Part shown: positions 62,950-64,000 of the stretch, piece after piece
Numbering within the stretch: position 1 is the stretch's first letter
Layout of the letters: each line of letters begins with the position of its first letter
NCBI GenBank assembly: GCA_043228905.1
Contig: JBHGNT010000002.1
Coordinates: forward strand, 17,546,001 to 17,610,000
DNA length: 64,000 bases
DNA from: Azolla caroliniana
Lineage: Eukaryota; Plantae; Polypodiophyta
Reading direction: 5' to 3'
Program-made: the position numbers and the translations under genes
The notes under the pieces: generated by a model
Seen by the model: only the letters and a program-made list of their open reading frames with translations
The model's database searches: none
What the model was told of the DNA's origin: nothing

Positions 62950-64000
62950 TTGTTCCTGCTCCAACATAGCCATGCTGTGGACGCGTTTTTGCCCTAGTTC
63001 AAGGAGTTGGTAGAGCTGTACCTCCTCCGACTTGGCTTCTTATAGTCGGTTCCGTACCTGAATTCACAAACTAGGTACCTGAAATTCGACCAGCATCACA
63101 ACCTCCAGCCCAAATGCTAGTCGAAACGGTGTTGACTGTATGCTTCTTTTGTAGCTGGTTCTGTACGCCAATAACGCACTTTGTAGTTTGGTATCCCAGT
63201 TCGTTCTATTTTCATTGACGATTTTCTTCAAAATGGTCTATAACGTCTTGTTGGTGGATTCTGCTAATCCATTCGCCTGCGGATAATATGGTGTGCTCTT
63301 CTTATGGACTACGGCGTAATGATGTGTTAGTTCCCGAACCACCGTATTGAGAAAGTGACTCCCCTGGTCATTGATGAGCTCAATCGGACAGTCGAACCGG
63401 CACTAGATGTGCTCGTAAAGGAATCTGGCTGTGACGACCGCTGTATTTTCACGTAGTGCCTTTGCTTCTACCCATTTGGTGCAGTAATCCGTGGCTACCA
63501 ATATGTATTTATTGCCTGTACGGGCCGCCGCTGGTGTGAAGGGCCCCACAAAATCCAATCCCAACTTTTGGAAGGGGTCTAGTGGTAATACGGGCTGGTG
63601 TGGCATCCTTGCGCCCTCAACGGGTTGTCCCATCCGTTGACACAAATCACACTTTCTACAATACTCGGATGCGTCCTTCTACGTTGTTGGCCACCATAAG
63701 CCCGCTTGCCATACTTTCCGGGTTGTAACGTCACCCGCGTAATGGCCGCCTGCCGTAAAACTGCTTCCTTATCATCCTGACGTACCCCACGTCGCCAAAT
63801 ACCGTCACTTCCTTTGTGATATAAAACGCCTTCGACAAGGCAGAAGTGACGGCTTCCGAAGGGTAGTCGTTTCTTCTCGTCCGTGCGTAATTGTGGTGGA
63901 GGCAGTCCCGTAGTTAAAAAGTACGTCATTTCCATAAGCCACCGGTCCGGAAAGGTCGATTCCGTTCTTTTTGGCTAGTGTCGCTACTTGCAGGATGTCG
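62950..64000 (-). pseudogene. pol: Tat/Athila-like Gypsy integrase
   Basis: [32 protein letters not shown] and YYPQANGLAE. Confidence 0.92.

Overview
Gene-poor, heterochromatin-like window from a land plant, most likely a bryophyte or other non-seed plant, judging by its Tcn1-like and Phygy-like Gypsy elements. It is almost entirely nested retroelements. Left half: an unclassified transposon-like gene (minus strand) is split by an old Copia (5053-21699), an RTE-like LINE (21835-28482) and another Copia (29032-34004). The old Copia contains a Copia internal domain, which contains a very young Copia (13588-18956); the LINE contains a further Copia (22877-28198). Middle: a degenerate RING-finger gene is interrupted by a Copia (35032-39978) and a 1.45-kb satellite built from palindromes. 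Right half: a Tcn1/Tf1-like chromovirus with a self-priming signature is interrupted by a patchwork of non-chromovirus Gypsy elements primed by tRNA-Arg or tRNA-Trp. The most unusual observation is a minus-strand 3' LTR (45817-46256) preceded by a copy of the tRNA-Arg 3' end where the polypurine tract should be. No intact host gene, rRNA gene, intact tRNA gene or CRISPR array is supported. All alignments and difference counts were done by eye.
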